Below are positions 1 to 12,846 of a stretch of 64,000 bases of DNA, piece by piece. Within the stretch, counting starts at the first letter, position 1, and each line of letters begins with the position of its first letter. Source of the stretch: Octopus sinensis (taxonomy: Eukaryota); contig NC_043003.1 of assembly GCF_006345805.1 (NCBI RefSeq), positions 105,400,001 through 105,464,000 on the forward strand. Direction: 5' to 3'. The position numbers and the translations under genes were made by a program. The notes beneath the pieces are model-generated. The model was not told where the DNA came from, did not search any database, and saw nothing but the letters and a program-made list of their open reading frames with translations.

Positions 1-216
1 GAAATTTAAATAAATGTTGCTTATTGCTTGAACTTACAATAAGCACATTATAGAAACGTTTGAACAGTTGTAGTAGTATCAATAGATCTTTTACAGCAAG
101 ATATTGCTCAGTAGATATTTCTAAATTAAGTAAATAGCTTTTTCATAATTCACATTAAAAAAAAAAATGTTGAAACACATTATTCATTAAAATTGTAATA
201 TATAATACAGACAGAG

Positions 217-305
217 TCAACGACTATTATTTCTAGCAATGTAGGGGATCTCCAGCCAACCAGGAGGGACAGCAGTTCTGAGAAGGGAAAAAATGACTTG
301 GAATG

Positions 306-342
<37 letters not shown>

Positions 343-589
343 CAACAATTGAGGGCAAAATTAATTAATTATTAATCAATTTCACCAAGTGTTCAGTATG
401 CAAAGGGACCATTCAAGGCGAATTCAAATTATTACATTATATAAAAGGGCTTAGTAAAATAAATTAAGCAAACACTATATATGAGAGAGATTTTCTTTAA
501 GTATTAGAAATAGCTTTAAAAAAGTTTTTTAGCTGCTATTTCTAATGAGTTCAGTATGCGGCAAAGTAATTTATTTTACTAAGCCCTTT

Positions 590-637
<48 letters not shown>

Positions 638-1040
638 TCCTTACTCTTTTATTCTTTTACTTGTTTCAGTCATTTGCTGGAGCACTGCCTTTAGTCGAGC
701 AGATCGACCTCAGGACATATTCTTTGTAAGCCTAGTACTTATTCTATCGGTCTCTTTTGCTGAACTGCTAAGTTACGGGGTCGGAAACACACCAGCATCG
801 GTTGTCAAGCAATGCTAGGGAGACAAACACAGACACACACACATATACACTCACACACACATATATATATACATATATACAACGGGCTTCTTTCAGTTTC
901 CGTCTACCAAATCCACTCACAAAGCTTTGGTCAGCCCGAGGCTATAGCAGAAGACACTTGCCCAAGGTGCCACACAGTGGGACTGAACCCGGAACCATGT
1001 GGTTGGTAAGCAAGCTACTTACCACACAACCACTCCTACG

Positions 1041-1073
<33 letters not shown>

Positions 1074-1556
1074 TCATCATCATTTAATGTACTGGTCCCA
1101 TAGAGGCATACATTGAATGGTTAAGGAGTCTGAGGACTATGTTGGCCTCGAGTGTCTGTTTTGAAATGGTTCCTACAGCTGGATAGCCTTCCTTTTTGTA
1201 GCACTGGAACTAATGAGGCCACCAAATAACTCACAAGACAAGACCCCATTCACAAAGTGGTGGAGCAGTAACGGTGGCTTTGTGCCAGGTGTAGTGAAAG
1301 AGGGACAAGTGTAAGGGTCTTGCTGTGAAGGAGATACAGATATACCCCCAGCAGGAAAGGGTGGGGGAATGGTGCAAATGGGTTATTAAGGCATGCCCTT
1401 AATGTACAAGTAGAGGGACAGAAAAAGAATGGGGGCACAGAACCAAGAATTCCACTCACAATGCTTTGGTTGGCTTGAGGCTAGAGGCTAGAGTGGGACT
1501 GAACCTAGAACCATGTGGTTGGTAAGCAAGCTATTTACAACACAGCTACTCCTGTG

Positions 1557-1650
<94 letters not shown>

Positions 1651-3366
1651 TATATATATATATATATAATATATATATATATTATATATATATATATATA
1701 TACTTATATATATATATACTTACATATATATATATAATATATTGTGTCTGGGGAGAGTCATTCTGTTTTAATGTCTTATTAATTAACACACTCACCAGTT
1801 CAGTTTCCATTCATTTATTATTTGTTCACCTACATTGCTAGAAATAAGAGTTAAAATACTCTTAATCCTAAAAGAAGAGCATAAATATGTATATATATAG
1901 ATATACTGACAGCAGAGGTAACCATGCCATGATCATCCCAAGGATCAATGAGACTTAGCCTAGTTTTGCTCACACCATAGGCATCGTCTGTGCTGACTGC
2001 TTGAACAGCTCAAAGTCGACTAATTCTGTCTGCCAGCATATATATCTATATATATAAAACTGTAGTTGTGTGAGTGTCTGTCCCCTTCGATTTAGATTCC
2101 TAACTCCTCCCACATTTTGCGGTGCAGTTTAACCAAATTCGGGTATCTTGTAGTCGTGATTCATATCAAGCCCGTCTGAGTATTAGCGCGCGTCTACGAT
2201 GAGTCTACGATTTAAAAAATAATTTAACATCATTTTTTATTCCATTTTAATGCATAATTTTTCGTGTGTCGATGGCGGCGGAGTTGGTGTCCATGGTCAC
2301 ACCTGCACCTGCACCTGTGTTTGCTTCTCCCCCTTCTTCCCTCCCTCGTGAAGCTGTGGGGAAGGGAGGGTAAGGAAATCAACGTCGTAATGCGTTGTCA
2401 AGGAGACCAGCATTCTTTTAGAACAATGACTTCATGGCTTGAAGACACCAAAACAGAAATGGCTAAGAAAGCCCGAATTGGCATCTATAAGGGAAGTAAC
2501 TCTCTAAAAATGCTTATATAGTTATTTCCCTTACAAACCCGAGCAACGCCGGGCAATACTGCTAGTTTACCATAAAAATTTATGGATGATTTAGTGAAAT
2601 GCTAATGTATATACTACAAAGGAAAATTAACACCCAGGTGTAATGTGATACCATAAAGGTAAAATTCAATCATCTCATTGCACCTGGCTGTTTATCATTT
2701 TTAGTATACACATTAGCATTTCACTAAATCATCTACAAATTTTTATGGTAAATATATATATATACAGGCGCAGGAGTGGCTGTGTGGTAAGTAGCTTGCT
2801 TATGGTTCCGGATTCATTCCCACTATGTGGCACCTTGGGCAAGTGTCTCCTACTATAGCCTTGGGCCGACCAAAGCCTTGTGAGTGGATTTGGTAGACGG
2901 AAACTGAAAGAAGCTCGTTGTATATATGTATATATATATACATGTGTGTGTGTGTGTCTGTATTTGTCCCCCCAACATCGCTCCATGGTGGTGTGTATCC
3001 GTCACCATAACTTAGCGGTTTGGCAAAAGAGACTGATAGAATAAGTACTAGGCTTACAAAGAATAAGTCCTGGGGTTGATTTGCTTGACTAAAAGTGGTG
3101 CTCCGGCATGGCCACAGTCAAATGACTGAAACAAGTGAAAGAGTATATTGATCTCTGTTGGTTTACCAGAAGTGATAAACGAGAGGACTCAATACAGATG
3201 TGGAGTGTTCTTTAACGAGCCATTACTGAAAGGCTCCAATTTCTAGTAATTAGAGTTGCTCGTTACCGATCATCATTTGGTAAAGTGAGCTTGGTTTCCT
3301 TTTGAATATCCACTGTCTGATTATTGGAAATAAGCAACTGGAAATCAAGGTCTTTGAGTTACAATG

Positions 3367-3400
<34 letters not shown>

Positions 3401-6400
3401 CAGTTGAAGAATTAAATGTGGTGCCATGAATTCCATTCTGACTTAATGTATCATACTCTGTAACTAAATGGAATTTCAGTTTGTATGGACAGATTTCTTT
3501 GAGGCAAATCTTCTATTTTTTGTACACATAGAAATACAGACATATCAAATACCATACAACATAAATTGTTGATTTATGAAAATCATCTCAGCCTCTAGAG
3601 CAGTGTTTCTCAACCTTTTTATCCTTGCATAACCCCTAAAATAAATTACATGTCTCAAGGAACCCCTGCACAAGAAAATTATATTCCATATCTTTCTCAT
3701 ATTTTTTTCATCATAGTTCATATGCTAAATAAATAAATATATATATATATATACTCTTTACTCTTTTACTTGTTTCAGTCATTTGACTGTGGCCATGCTG
3801 GAGCACCACCTTTAGTCGAGCAAATCAACCCCGGGACTTATTCTTTGTAAGCCCAGTACTTATTCTATCAGTCTCTTTTGCTGAACCGCTAAGTGACGGG
3901 GATGTAAACACACCAGCATCGGTTGTCAAGCAATGCTAGGGGGGACAAACACAGACACACAAACACACACACATACACATATATCAAAATGTGACCTCGT
4001 GCGTACCGTTGGCGATTTTTTTTCCTCTGTCTTCCCTTCTCTGGATCTTTCCTTCTCCTATGTTTCCGATGAAGAGCTCCGCTCGAAACATTAAACCCTC
4101 CTTCTTCCCTTCATTCCTGAGCATCCAATAATACCATATTTGTTCCACGTCCTCGCGTTGTTGTGTTTTCTTGTTTGGATTAACTATATATATATACATA
4201 TATACGACAGGCTTCTTTCAGTTTCTGACTACCAAATCCACTCACAAGGCATTGGTCGGCCCGGGGCTATAGCAGAAGACACTTGCCCAAGATGCCACGC
4301 AGTGGGACTGACCCCGGAACCATGTGGTTGGTTAGCAAGCTACTTACCACACAGCCACTCCTATATATATATATATATATATATATTCTGTTTATTTGCA
4401 TTGGTTCCTGATAAACTCTTGTTTATCCTGCTGTTATCTACATTCTACATGCATAGTGTGCCTGAACACCAAGGCCTGGGGATAATACATGTAATGAATA
4501 CCAACAGTATATATGGATATTTTATCCCTCAGTTGGTTACTATAACCGCTAACTCTGTTTACACTTGACACACACACACACACACACATATATATACATA
4601 TGGTTGTTATATTTTTTGATAACATAATAGATTAGATAGGATGATGCCTATATTACAATAAACAATAACATGTTGTGCATGTATAGTAATATTACCCTCA
4701 TGAAATTAGCCTTAGCTTATCTCACTCTTTCTTATGGAACCCTTAGGAACCTTTTGCGGAACCCTAAGGTTCTGGGGAACCCCAGCTGAGAAACACTGCT
4801 CTAGAGGATGTAACATAATTGTTTGCCCCTTCTCGAGCCATGCCTTGCTCATAAGGGCCAGTTTCCTGGTTTCCTTGGTGTATAGGTTCTCCACCAGGTG
4901 AGCTGCAAGATGCAGGAGGAAAGAGTGAGAGAAAGTTGTAGCGAAAGAGTCAGCAGAAGTTGGCCATTGCCTTCTGCCAGAGCCACGTAGAGCTTAGGTG
5001 TTTCACTCATAAACACACACATCGCCCGGTCTGAGATTCGAACCCACGATCCCTTAACCATGAGCTCGCTGCTCTAACCACAAGGCCATGTGCCTTAACA
5101 TGTAACAATTACTAAATGGCAATTAAGACCAACTCCACTTGAGAAGGGGAGACAATCTTATGAATCTAGAATTGCCCAGTCAAAACATCATTAAGGAAAA
5201 GAATATGCTTATTCTTTGGAGAGAAGAAGACAGACATGGATGTGGCATCTGCATGGTGAATGTCTGACCTTGTTTCCAGTAGCCAAAGGTCAGGTCAGGT
5301 GTGGGGGCATGTGCCATTGTGACGCATTGCTGAATTCACCATTTGTTAGCATATTCCTGAATCCTCTCAAGTGATTGTTGAGCAGATTCCTCATCAGTCT
5401 CCATCTCCACGAGATACCTCCTCATCTGTTGTACCCCAAGTGGCATGTGGTTGGTCAACACAAGCCATCAACCCAGTCAGACCCTCAGTGAAGGGAACAT
5501 GATAGACAAGGTCTATCTTGGAAAATCAAACAATATAGCCAAACTGTTTGAGCTGATAGTCCCGAATCATACAAGTAACAGCATACATCCTGGTTTCTGA
5601 GAAGAGTGATGGGTTGGATACAGAATCCGACCAATAGTAACCCATAACCCTTGCAAAGTGTCCTCAGACCAAAGAATTTCAAGTGGATCCTAAAGGCCCT
5701 GGACGATGTCCAAATCTGACAAGTACAGAGCAGCCCCTCCCTGTCCTGCTCTATACTGACCAAACTGGTCTTTTCTCTCTTTTTTCTGTTTTTCTTTTCT
5801 TATCTACCATCCTTTTGTTATCTTTTGTCATTTACTTGTTTCAGTTATTAGACTGCGGCCATGCTGGGGCACTGCCATGAGGAATATTTTAGTCGAATGA
5901 ATTGACCCCAAGACCTATGTTTTTTTAAAGCCTGGTACTTATTTTATTGATCTGTTTTGCTGAACTGCTTAGTGATGGGAATGTAAACACACCAACACTG
6001 GTTGTCAGGCAGTGGTGGTGGGGGTGACAAAACACTCACACATGCGCATGCCCACACACACACACACATACACACAGGGTGCCATAGGTAAATTATTGCC
6101 ATTTAATATTTTTAATTTCACACATGTGCATTGTTTGTTTTTGATTTGTCAACTACACAGTATAGTAGAGTCAGTTGGGCACTGTCTGTGAGAAAAACTG
6201 CACAATAATGCAATTCACTCTGCCAGAAATTTGGAAAAGACATGCTGTACTGCTTGGCATTTGCACCAGAAACTCCGATACAAACAGATGGTGAATACAA
6301 AACAACCGTTGGCTTGCCATGTCCCTAAAACTTGTACCGAGAGTGATAAAAATTAAACATCCAGTCAGCCTCTTGGTGTTTGGAGTGATCACTAGTGATG

Positions 6401-7532
6401 GTGATGTTATGCCTCCATCCATCTTCCCACATGGCCTCAGACTCAACATGGAAGCTAACATTAAGTGCCTGGAGGAGGTACTGCTGTCTTGAATGAAGAG
6501 GGTGGCTGCTGGAAGATGCTATGTCTGGCAACAGGACTCTGCACCATGCCACACAAGTAGGAGAACCTAGTCATGACTGTCAGACAATTTCTGCGACCAC
6601 ATCACCTCTAACATCTGGTCACCTAACTCCCCAGACTACAACCCTCTTGATTATTATGTGTGGAACACAGTTGAGTGAGACTCAAACAAAACTCCTTGTA
6701 ACACCAAAGATTAACTGAAGGCAAGGATTATGGCAGCATTGACCAACTTAAACAAGGAGACTGTCCAAAAGAGTTATAGATCTCAAAGTCATCTCGAGGC
6801 CATGGTTGGAGCCAATGGGGATTGTATTGAATGAATTTATTCTTTAGTGTTTCAAGATACTTTTATGTAATTTTGGTAAATATATCTGTTTGAATGAGAT
6901 GTCAGTGTGATTTTCATTTTTGTGTAATTTGGACAACAATATATCCAAGGCTGTGAACAATTTCAGAACATTTATAAAGAGAAGGTCTTATGGCTGTTTC
7001 CTGGATATTTTATAAATCCCTTCATCGAAGGCGGTGTGAAAAAATGGTTAAGCAATGGTTATTCTGGAGAAGATATGAAAGAGAGAGTGAAGTGGAGTAA
7101 TGAAAACAGACGTGAGATATGCAGGGATATTGTATCTGCAGTTCCATTATATATTATATAGAAGTGAGTAGACAAATGAAAGAAGGGCACCCAACATATT
7201 TATTGGGAGTTACATGTATAAATCAAAACAGTTTCATTCAGACTCCCTAGGAGTCTGTTTTCATCAATATAATCAACTAGGCCCTTCCCCCAAAATTTCA
7301 GGCGTTGTGCTTTATAGTGAAAGGATTATTATTATTATTTTTTTTTTTTTTTCCTCTTTCAAATTTGCTTCCATTTCTTGCCGAGTGTCTTCCCGACTCC
7401 TAGGGCAAAGAAACTCATAGTATACATTGGTAGGCCATTAAACTAAACTCAATAGTTCGTTCATTTTTTTTTTTAAGTTAAATTAAAATACATGGGTAGT
7501 AATAGTTCTCACATCGACAATGCTCTTCTCAA

Positions 7533-7607
<75 letters not shown>

Positions 7608-7952
7608 TATTATTATTACTATGTTTGACTTTTGCTTTATATTTGTACAAGTTGGCTCCAAGTCTCACCCAGAGACCTCAAGAGACAACAGGTTGGAAGT
7701 TCGTGTTGTTGTTATGCCTAGTGTGCCATATATTTGGTTTTGAAATTAGTGTTGTACTAGTGAATGTGAATGTCTAAAAAAAACCAAAAGAAACCCCGAA
7801 AATTATGTTTGTTTTAAAACTTGAGATTACATAGAAAGTATTTTGCGTAGGATATGAGGAGTTCCCATGAGCACTATCTTTTAAATTTCTGCCATTTTGG
7901 GGTTTCCTGGTATCTGAGTTAGGTAGCGATTATCATTATTATTATTATTATT

Positions 7953-7985
<33 letters not shown>

Positions 7986-8164
7986 TTCATCATCATCATT
8001 ATTATATTATTATTATTAAGAAGACAGTGTGATGGCAGAATCATTAGCACTTTATCTTTCATCCTTTCATGGTCAATAAAATAAGTACCAGTTATGCACT
8101 GTATCTAGTGTAATCGATTCATCTCCTCCCCCAAAATTGCTACCCTTGTGGCAAAATTTCAAAC

Positions 8165-8221
<57 letters not shown>

Positions 8222-8566
8222 TATTATTATTACTATGTTTGACTTTTGCTTTATATTTGTACAAGTTGGCTCCAAGTCTCACCCAGAGACCTCAAGAGAC
8301 AACAGGTTGGAAGTTCGTGTTGTTGTTATGCCTAGTGTGCCATATATTTGGTTTTGAAATTAGTGTTGTACTAGTGAATGTGAATGTCTAAAAAAAACCA
8401 AAAGAAACCCCGAAAATTATGTTTGTTTTAAAACTTGAGATTACATAGAAAGTATTTTGCGTAGGATATGAGGAGTTCCCATGAGCACTATCTTTTAAAT
8501 TTCTGCCATTTTGGGGTTTCCTGGTATCTGAGTTAGGTAGCGATTATCATTATTATTATTATTATT

Positions 8567-8599
<33 letters not shown>

Positions 8600-8982
8600 T
8601 TCATCATCATCATTATTATTATTATTATTATTATTAAGAAGACAGTGTGATGGCAGAATCATTAGCACTTTATCTTTCATCCTTTCATGGTCAATAAAAT
8701 AAGTACCAGTTATGCACTGTATCTAGTGTAATCGATTCATCTCCTCCCCCAAAATTGCTACCCTTGTGGCAAAATTTCAAACCATTATTATTATTATTAT
8801 TATTATTATTATAAAGGTGGCACGTATAAAGCACCCACTACACTCATGGAGTGGTTGGCGTTAGGAAGGGCATCCAGCCATAGAAACATTGCCAAATCAG
8901 ACTGGGCCTGGTGCAGCCTCTGGCTTCTCAGACCCCAGTTGAACCGTCGAACCCATGCTAGCATGGAAAGCGGACGCTAAAC

Positions 8983-9013
<31 letters not shown>

Positions 9014-10359
9014 TGGGGAGCTGGCAGGTGGAGAAGAACTTGAAGGCATAAGAGTGGGGTAGATGACGTACCATAAGACAGAGTGAGTCAAGACACAGAA
9101 GGTGGCATCAGCAAGTCATCGTGAAATGCTCTGGAACCACATCATGTTTTATCCCAAAGAAATGCAAATTCCAAAGATGATCTAAAATAGAAATGGAGAG
9201 TTCTTGGCAAGTTGAACCCTGGACATAGGAAGGCACCTGACTGTTGACGATTATGTTGATGATGATGATGATATTAATAATAAGGCAGGTTTATAAATTA
9301 CTTACAAAGTTGTAATTGTTATTATTAGTATTATTATTAAAGTGGTGAACTGGCAGAATCATTAGCAAGCTGGGCAAAATACTAAATGGCATTTCGTCCG
9401 TGTTACATTCTGAGTTCAAATTCCACTGAGGTCAACTTTGCCTTTTATCATTTCGGGGTCAATAAATTAAGTACCAGTGAAATTGTGGGATCGATGTCAT
9501 TGATTAGTCCCCTTCCCCAAAATTTCAGGCCTTGTGCCTTTAGTAGAAAGGGTTATTGTTATTAAAGCACCATCCGACCGTGGCCGTTTGCCAGCCTCGT
9601 CTGGCACCTGTGCCGGTGGCATGTAAAAAGCACCCACTACACTCATGGAGTGGTTGGCGTTAGGAAGGGCATCCAGCCGTAGAAACATTGTCAGATCAGA
9701 CTGGGCCTGGTGCAGCCTTCTGGCTTCCCAGATCCCAGTTGCACCGTCCAACCCATGCCAGCAAGGAAAGCGGACGCTAAACGACGATGATGATGATGAT
9801 GATTATTACTGAGTGCATGCCATCAAAGTGACACTGGGGTACAAGTATACAAAGCCCAGTACATCCATCATGACTACCTGTCTGATAAGGGTACACCAGG
9901 CACATGCATCACAACCATATGTGCATGACATGGTGATCTCATATCAAGATAAACAGCGCATGACCTTGCAGGTGGGGCCCAGTTAGAATTTTCTTCTGGT
10001 CAAGTAACCCATCCCGCTCAAAAGGTCCCTGAATAAGGGTTGTTTAAAGATGTTGAACGAAACACCCATGTTTCCAGAGGTGAATTATTCAAACACCAAA
10101 GAATTCCTCTCAACACATGGCTATGATGCTCCCCAACTACTTCTGCTCGTGATCAGAGATGCACATATCGTCAGCCACTAAGGGACATGCCCAACTGGTT
10201 AAGGTCAAACAACTGACAAGCAAACCTGGGGTATTAAGCAGAATATTTGCTGTAGCCCATCTTTTATACCAAGACAAAACAATGTACATGATAACACTTC
10301 CAACTATTATTATTATTGTTGTTGTTGTTGTTGTTGTTGTTGTCGTTGTTGTCGTCGTC

Positions 10360-10392
<33 letters not shown>

Positions 10393-10538
10393 GTTGTTAT
10401 TATTATTATTATAATTGTTATTATTATTATTATTTCATGGGTAATAGACCAGTTAGAATGTCAGCTATTTACTTAAAATACCTTATGCTTTTCTAAAACC
10501 CACGGAGGTGGACTTTGACTTTCCTTCCCGGTTGACAT
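217..10538 (-). CDS. hypothetical 55-aa spliced ORF (exons 10538-10482, 3316-3267, 277-217)
   Basis: Three phase-compatible GT-AG segments in non-repetitive sequence give [55 protein letters not shown]. No homology recognised; the exons were hand-picked. Confidence 0.2.
339..597 (+). mobile_element. (TA)n-flanked non-autonomous element with terminal hairpin
   Basis: Perfect 30-bp inverted repeat 436-465/568-597 plus an inner tagaaatagc/gctatttcta pair; homologous to the reverse complement of about 38300-38408. Confidence 0.55.
636..1042 (-). mobile_element. tRNA-derived SINE family 1
   Basis: Head ggcgtaggagtggttgtgtggtaag...gggttcagtccc, internal (TA)/(TG) microsatellite, (gtaaaaga)n tail; more than 10 copies in the window. 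Confidence 0.85.
1559..1741. repeat. (TA)n microsatellite
   Basis: Direct reading. Confidence 0.95.
2045..2565 (+). mobile_element. non-autonomous Helitron
   Basis: A|TCTATATATATAAAA start, subterminal hairpin cccgagcaacgccggg, CTAG|T end. Confidence 0.88.
2566..2755. repeat. inverted repeat, about 60-bp arms
   Basis: tttaccataaaaattt...gatgatttagtgaaatgctaatgt mirrored by acattagcatttcactaaatcatc...aaatttttatggtaaa. Confidence 0.75.
2766..3143 (+). mobile_element. tRNA-derived SINE family 1
   Basis: Near full-length copy homologous to 636-1042. Confidence 0.85.
3752..4362 (-). mobile_element. SINE family 1 split by a roughly 200-bp insertion (about 3985-4190)
   Basis: 3' half 3752-3960 and 5' half about 4195-4362; the insert sits in the internal microsatellite. 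Confidence 0.8.
4062..4096 (+). ncRNA. degenerate minimal type-I hammerhead ribozyme-like motif
   Basis: GTTT-CCGATGA-A-GAGC tcc GCTC-GAA-ACAT-T-AAAC: stems I and II pair; core C-for-U change and an ACAT/ACGT mismatch in stem III. Confidence 0.5.
4820..5095 (-). mobile_element. tRNA-derived SINE family 3
   Basis: Reverse complement of 45431-45700; A-box and B-box (ggttcgaatc) in the head. Confidence 0.85.
6075..6940 (+). mobile_element. decayed Tc1/mariner DD37D (maT-type) transposon
   Basis: Conceptual translation ...[16 protein letters not shown]...[17 protein letters not shown]...[15 protein letters not shown], with 37 residues between the last two Asp; in-frame stops. Confidence 0.85.
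7550..8783. repeat. near-identical tandem duplication, about 614-618-bp unit, bounded by (ATT)n
   Basis: 7619 onward repeats at 8233; the differences I saw are microsatellite length and one base in a T/G run. Confidence 0.92.
7619..7930 (-). mobile_element. 3' end of an R4/Dong-like LINE with (TAA)n tail (second copy 8233-8545)
   Basis: Minus-strand [27 protein letters not shown] parallels the C-terminus at 13250-13338. Confidence 0.7.
8815..9012 (+). mobile_element. (GAT)n-tailed RTE-type 3'-end element
   Basis: gagtggttggcgttaggaagggcatcc...ccatgctagcatggaaagcggacg..aaacgatgatgat; about 20 copies in the window. The RTE link is inferred. Confidence 0.75.
9340..9550 (+). mobile_element. tRNA-derived SINE family 2
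   Basis: ggtgaactggcagaatcattagc...gagttcaaattcc...tcggggtcaataaattaagtaccag; other copies at 20671, 35412, 46621 and 56375. Confidence 0.8.
9575..9803 (+). mobile_element. (GAT)n-tailed RTE-type 3'-end element
   Basis: Homologous to 8815-9012. Confidence 0.75.
10305..10432. repeat. compound (ATT)/(GTT)/(GTC)n microsatellite
   Basis: Direct reading. Confidence 0.95.
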
Positions 10539-12207
10539 CACTTCTCATCCTTTCTTTTATCATACGTACAACGGTCGATTTAATTGGTGTTTGTACTCTT
10601 AGGAACCAAGATTTGCTAAATCTAACCATCACAACTAGTAGAGGGTTAACAGGGTAGTTTCTAAGGAGGGAGTTTGTTGATTCAGTGAAGAGGCTAAACA
10701 CATGAACAACAACACATCGAATAGAGGAAGAAGAACAACAGCAACAATTATATAAAAACACAAAGATTATGAAAAAAAGAATAATAATAATAATAATTAA
10801 ATAAAAGAAGACTTTACCTACCCTTTATCTTACAAGACATAATATTTATCAGTTTGTTTTGTTTGAGTTGATTTTGTCCATTCTTCCTGTTGTATATTTT
10901 ATCTTCAGACTCTCTCCACTCCAAGTAGCTGGCTTATTCATGTCCGCATAACTGGATTTAATCAACTTGTCTTCATATTTTTAAGAATGTAACTTGAGAA
11001 CAAGTTCGTACTTGAATTCCAACCTTCAGCATTTCCCCTGATTTCTTTTGTGTAATTATAAATGACACAGCTTGATCTCGTTGCAACATTCTTATAGTTA
11101 GTTACCAACATTTGACAACAGATTGATATGAATAATTGGTGAACCCATAACGAGCTGTCATCTCTTGTTCTTTATTAGTTTTTCATTAGCTGCACTGCTT
11201 CGGGTTTCGAGTAGTGTTTGCCAACAAATACAACAAATCCTCACGTTAGTTTAATTCATCTTGATATATTCATTTACATACAAACACACACAGACATATA
11301 TATATATGCATGTATGTATGTGTGTGTGTGTGTGTATATTGTGTATGTGTGTATAGAGGTTTATTTTAAGGTAGTGATCCGGCCAATCAGGTTGTTGAAT
11401 TTGCTGTTCTCAGCAGTAACTGCAGTCTGTATTAATAAATATTGAACAACAGCTTCTGTTGGGAGAGCAGCGAGACTGAGTGAATGTGGCTGTCAATGTA
11501 TGTGTAGATGTATGAAGGTGGATGTGTATTTATATATGTGTGTGCTCAGGTATATGTATTAAGGTGTATGTGTGTTTGCATGTAGAACAATAGCTGTGGT
11601 ATATAATAATAATATATATTAAGTAATATGTGCCTGGATGTGTTTAGCTATGAAAACAGTCTTTTAGTAAGGCTTACGGCTGTTTAGCCCCAGGTCAGCC
11701 CCGATGTACCATATCTTTGACCAGAAGCATTCCACTTGTGAGTATCAGGCTTTTTGTACATCTGAGGCTAAATTTTCTAGCATGTCCTTCTATTTTAAGA
11801 TAATAGAGTGCAATCTGAGGAAATATGGCTGCTATTTCTAGAAGATCATGTGGCCAGGTAGAAGCTCCCTTGTAGCAGTGATGGTAGTAACAGTTAGTGT
11901 GGTAGAAGTGGTATAATGGTGTAATTAGAAGTTAGTATTGATTTGTTTTATGAGCCACAGATGAATGAGTTGATGGAGTCTCTAAAACAACCAGGCCAGA
12001 GATTGAATGGACGTTCATTTCCTGTCCCTGGCATTGAACTGAATCCTTGTCCAGGACTCTTTCTCATAAATGACTCAGTCCATTTAGCTGTAAGTAGGTA
12101 CCATGGCTCACTGCACTAATCAATTGCTTGATGAAGTCAATGAGAAAGTTTTGTTTGCTTGCTCTATTAGAGGAATGGGGGGGGGGTCTTTCTGTGGGTT
12201 TAGGTGA

Positions 12208-12425
12208 AAAGCACATGGCCTGGTGGTTAGGGTGGTGCACTCATGATTCCTAACCCTAACCCTAAGATCATGGGTTCGGTTCCTGGACTGGGTGGTGCAT
12301 TGTGTTCTTGAGCAAAACATGTCATTTCACATTGTTCCAGTCCACTCATCAGTAAATGAGGAACCCTGGGTCCAGCTGGTGACCCTTTCAGAGGGAACAT
12401 TGTGATTTCAGTCACTTATTTGCTA
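12208..12425 (+). mobile_element. tRNA-derived SINE family 4 (other copies about 35035-35320 and 62255-62400)
   Basis: gcacatggcctggtggttaggg...gggttcggttcc...ttgagcaaaac; contains taaccctaaccctaa in the head. Confidence 0.7.
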
Positions 12426-12846
12426 TAGAAACCGGATGACAGACTCTGTGAGTCTGAGGACTTGAGACAGTCCAGGAGCGATGATGGTGACGGTGGTGAG
12501 CTTAAGCCATGGTAATTGTGCTTATAATGTGACCTTCCCTTCAATTCCATCACCAACACCACCACCACCATCACCACAGCCACCTTCATCCTTAGTAGAT
12601 CTGATAATAAACTGTTTTTCTTTTGATGAGACAAGGATAATTTTGAAAAAGAAAAAGAAAAAACCCAGTATAACTAATTTTCATGATACCCGTATATTAC
12701 TGGTATTTGTTTCAACATCCCTGCGAATGAAGAGAAGCAGAACTGTCACTGATGTGATCTGAGAATGGTATATATGAACCATCTGCAAGTGTGTCATGAG
12801 TTTTTGAGGTAAGTAGGAAAATGCTGGAATATTTAATAATATAATA

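Noticed and set aside
802-1841. ORFs rich in YI/HT repeats
   Set aside because: Translations of (TA)/(CA) microsatellites and SINE family 1; similar peptides recur wherever the SINE occurs
7483-8391. Poly-Leu/Ile/Asn ORFs resembling signal peptides
   Set aside because: Frames of (ATT)n inside the tandem duplication
10483-10761. 92-aa minus-strand ORF
   Set aside because: Starts in a low-complexity tract and has no recognisable homology; only the alternative-frame 19-codon start is kept as a weak hypothesis
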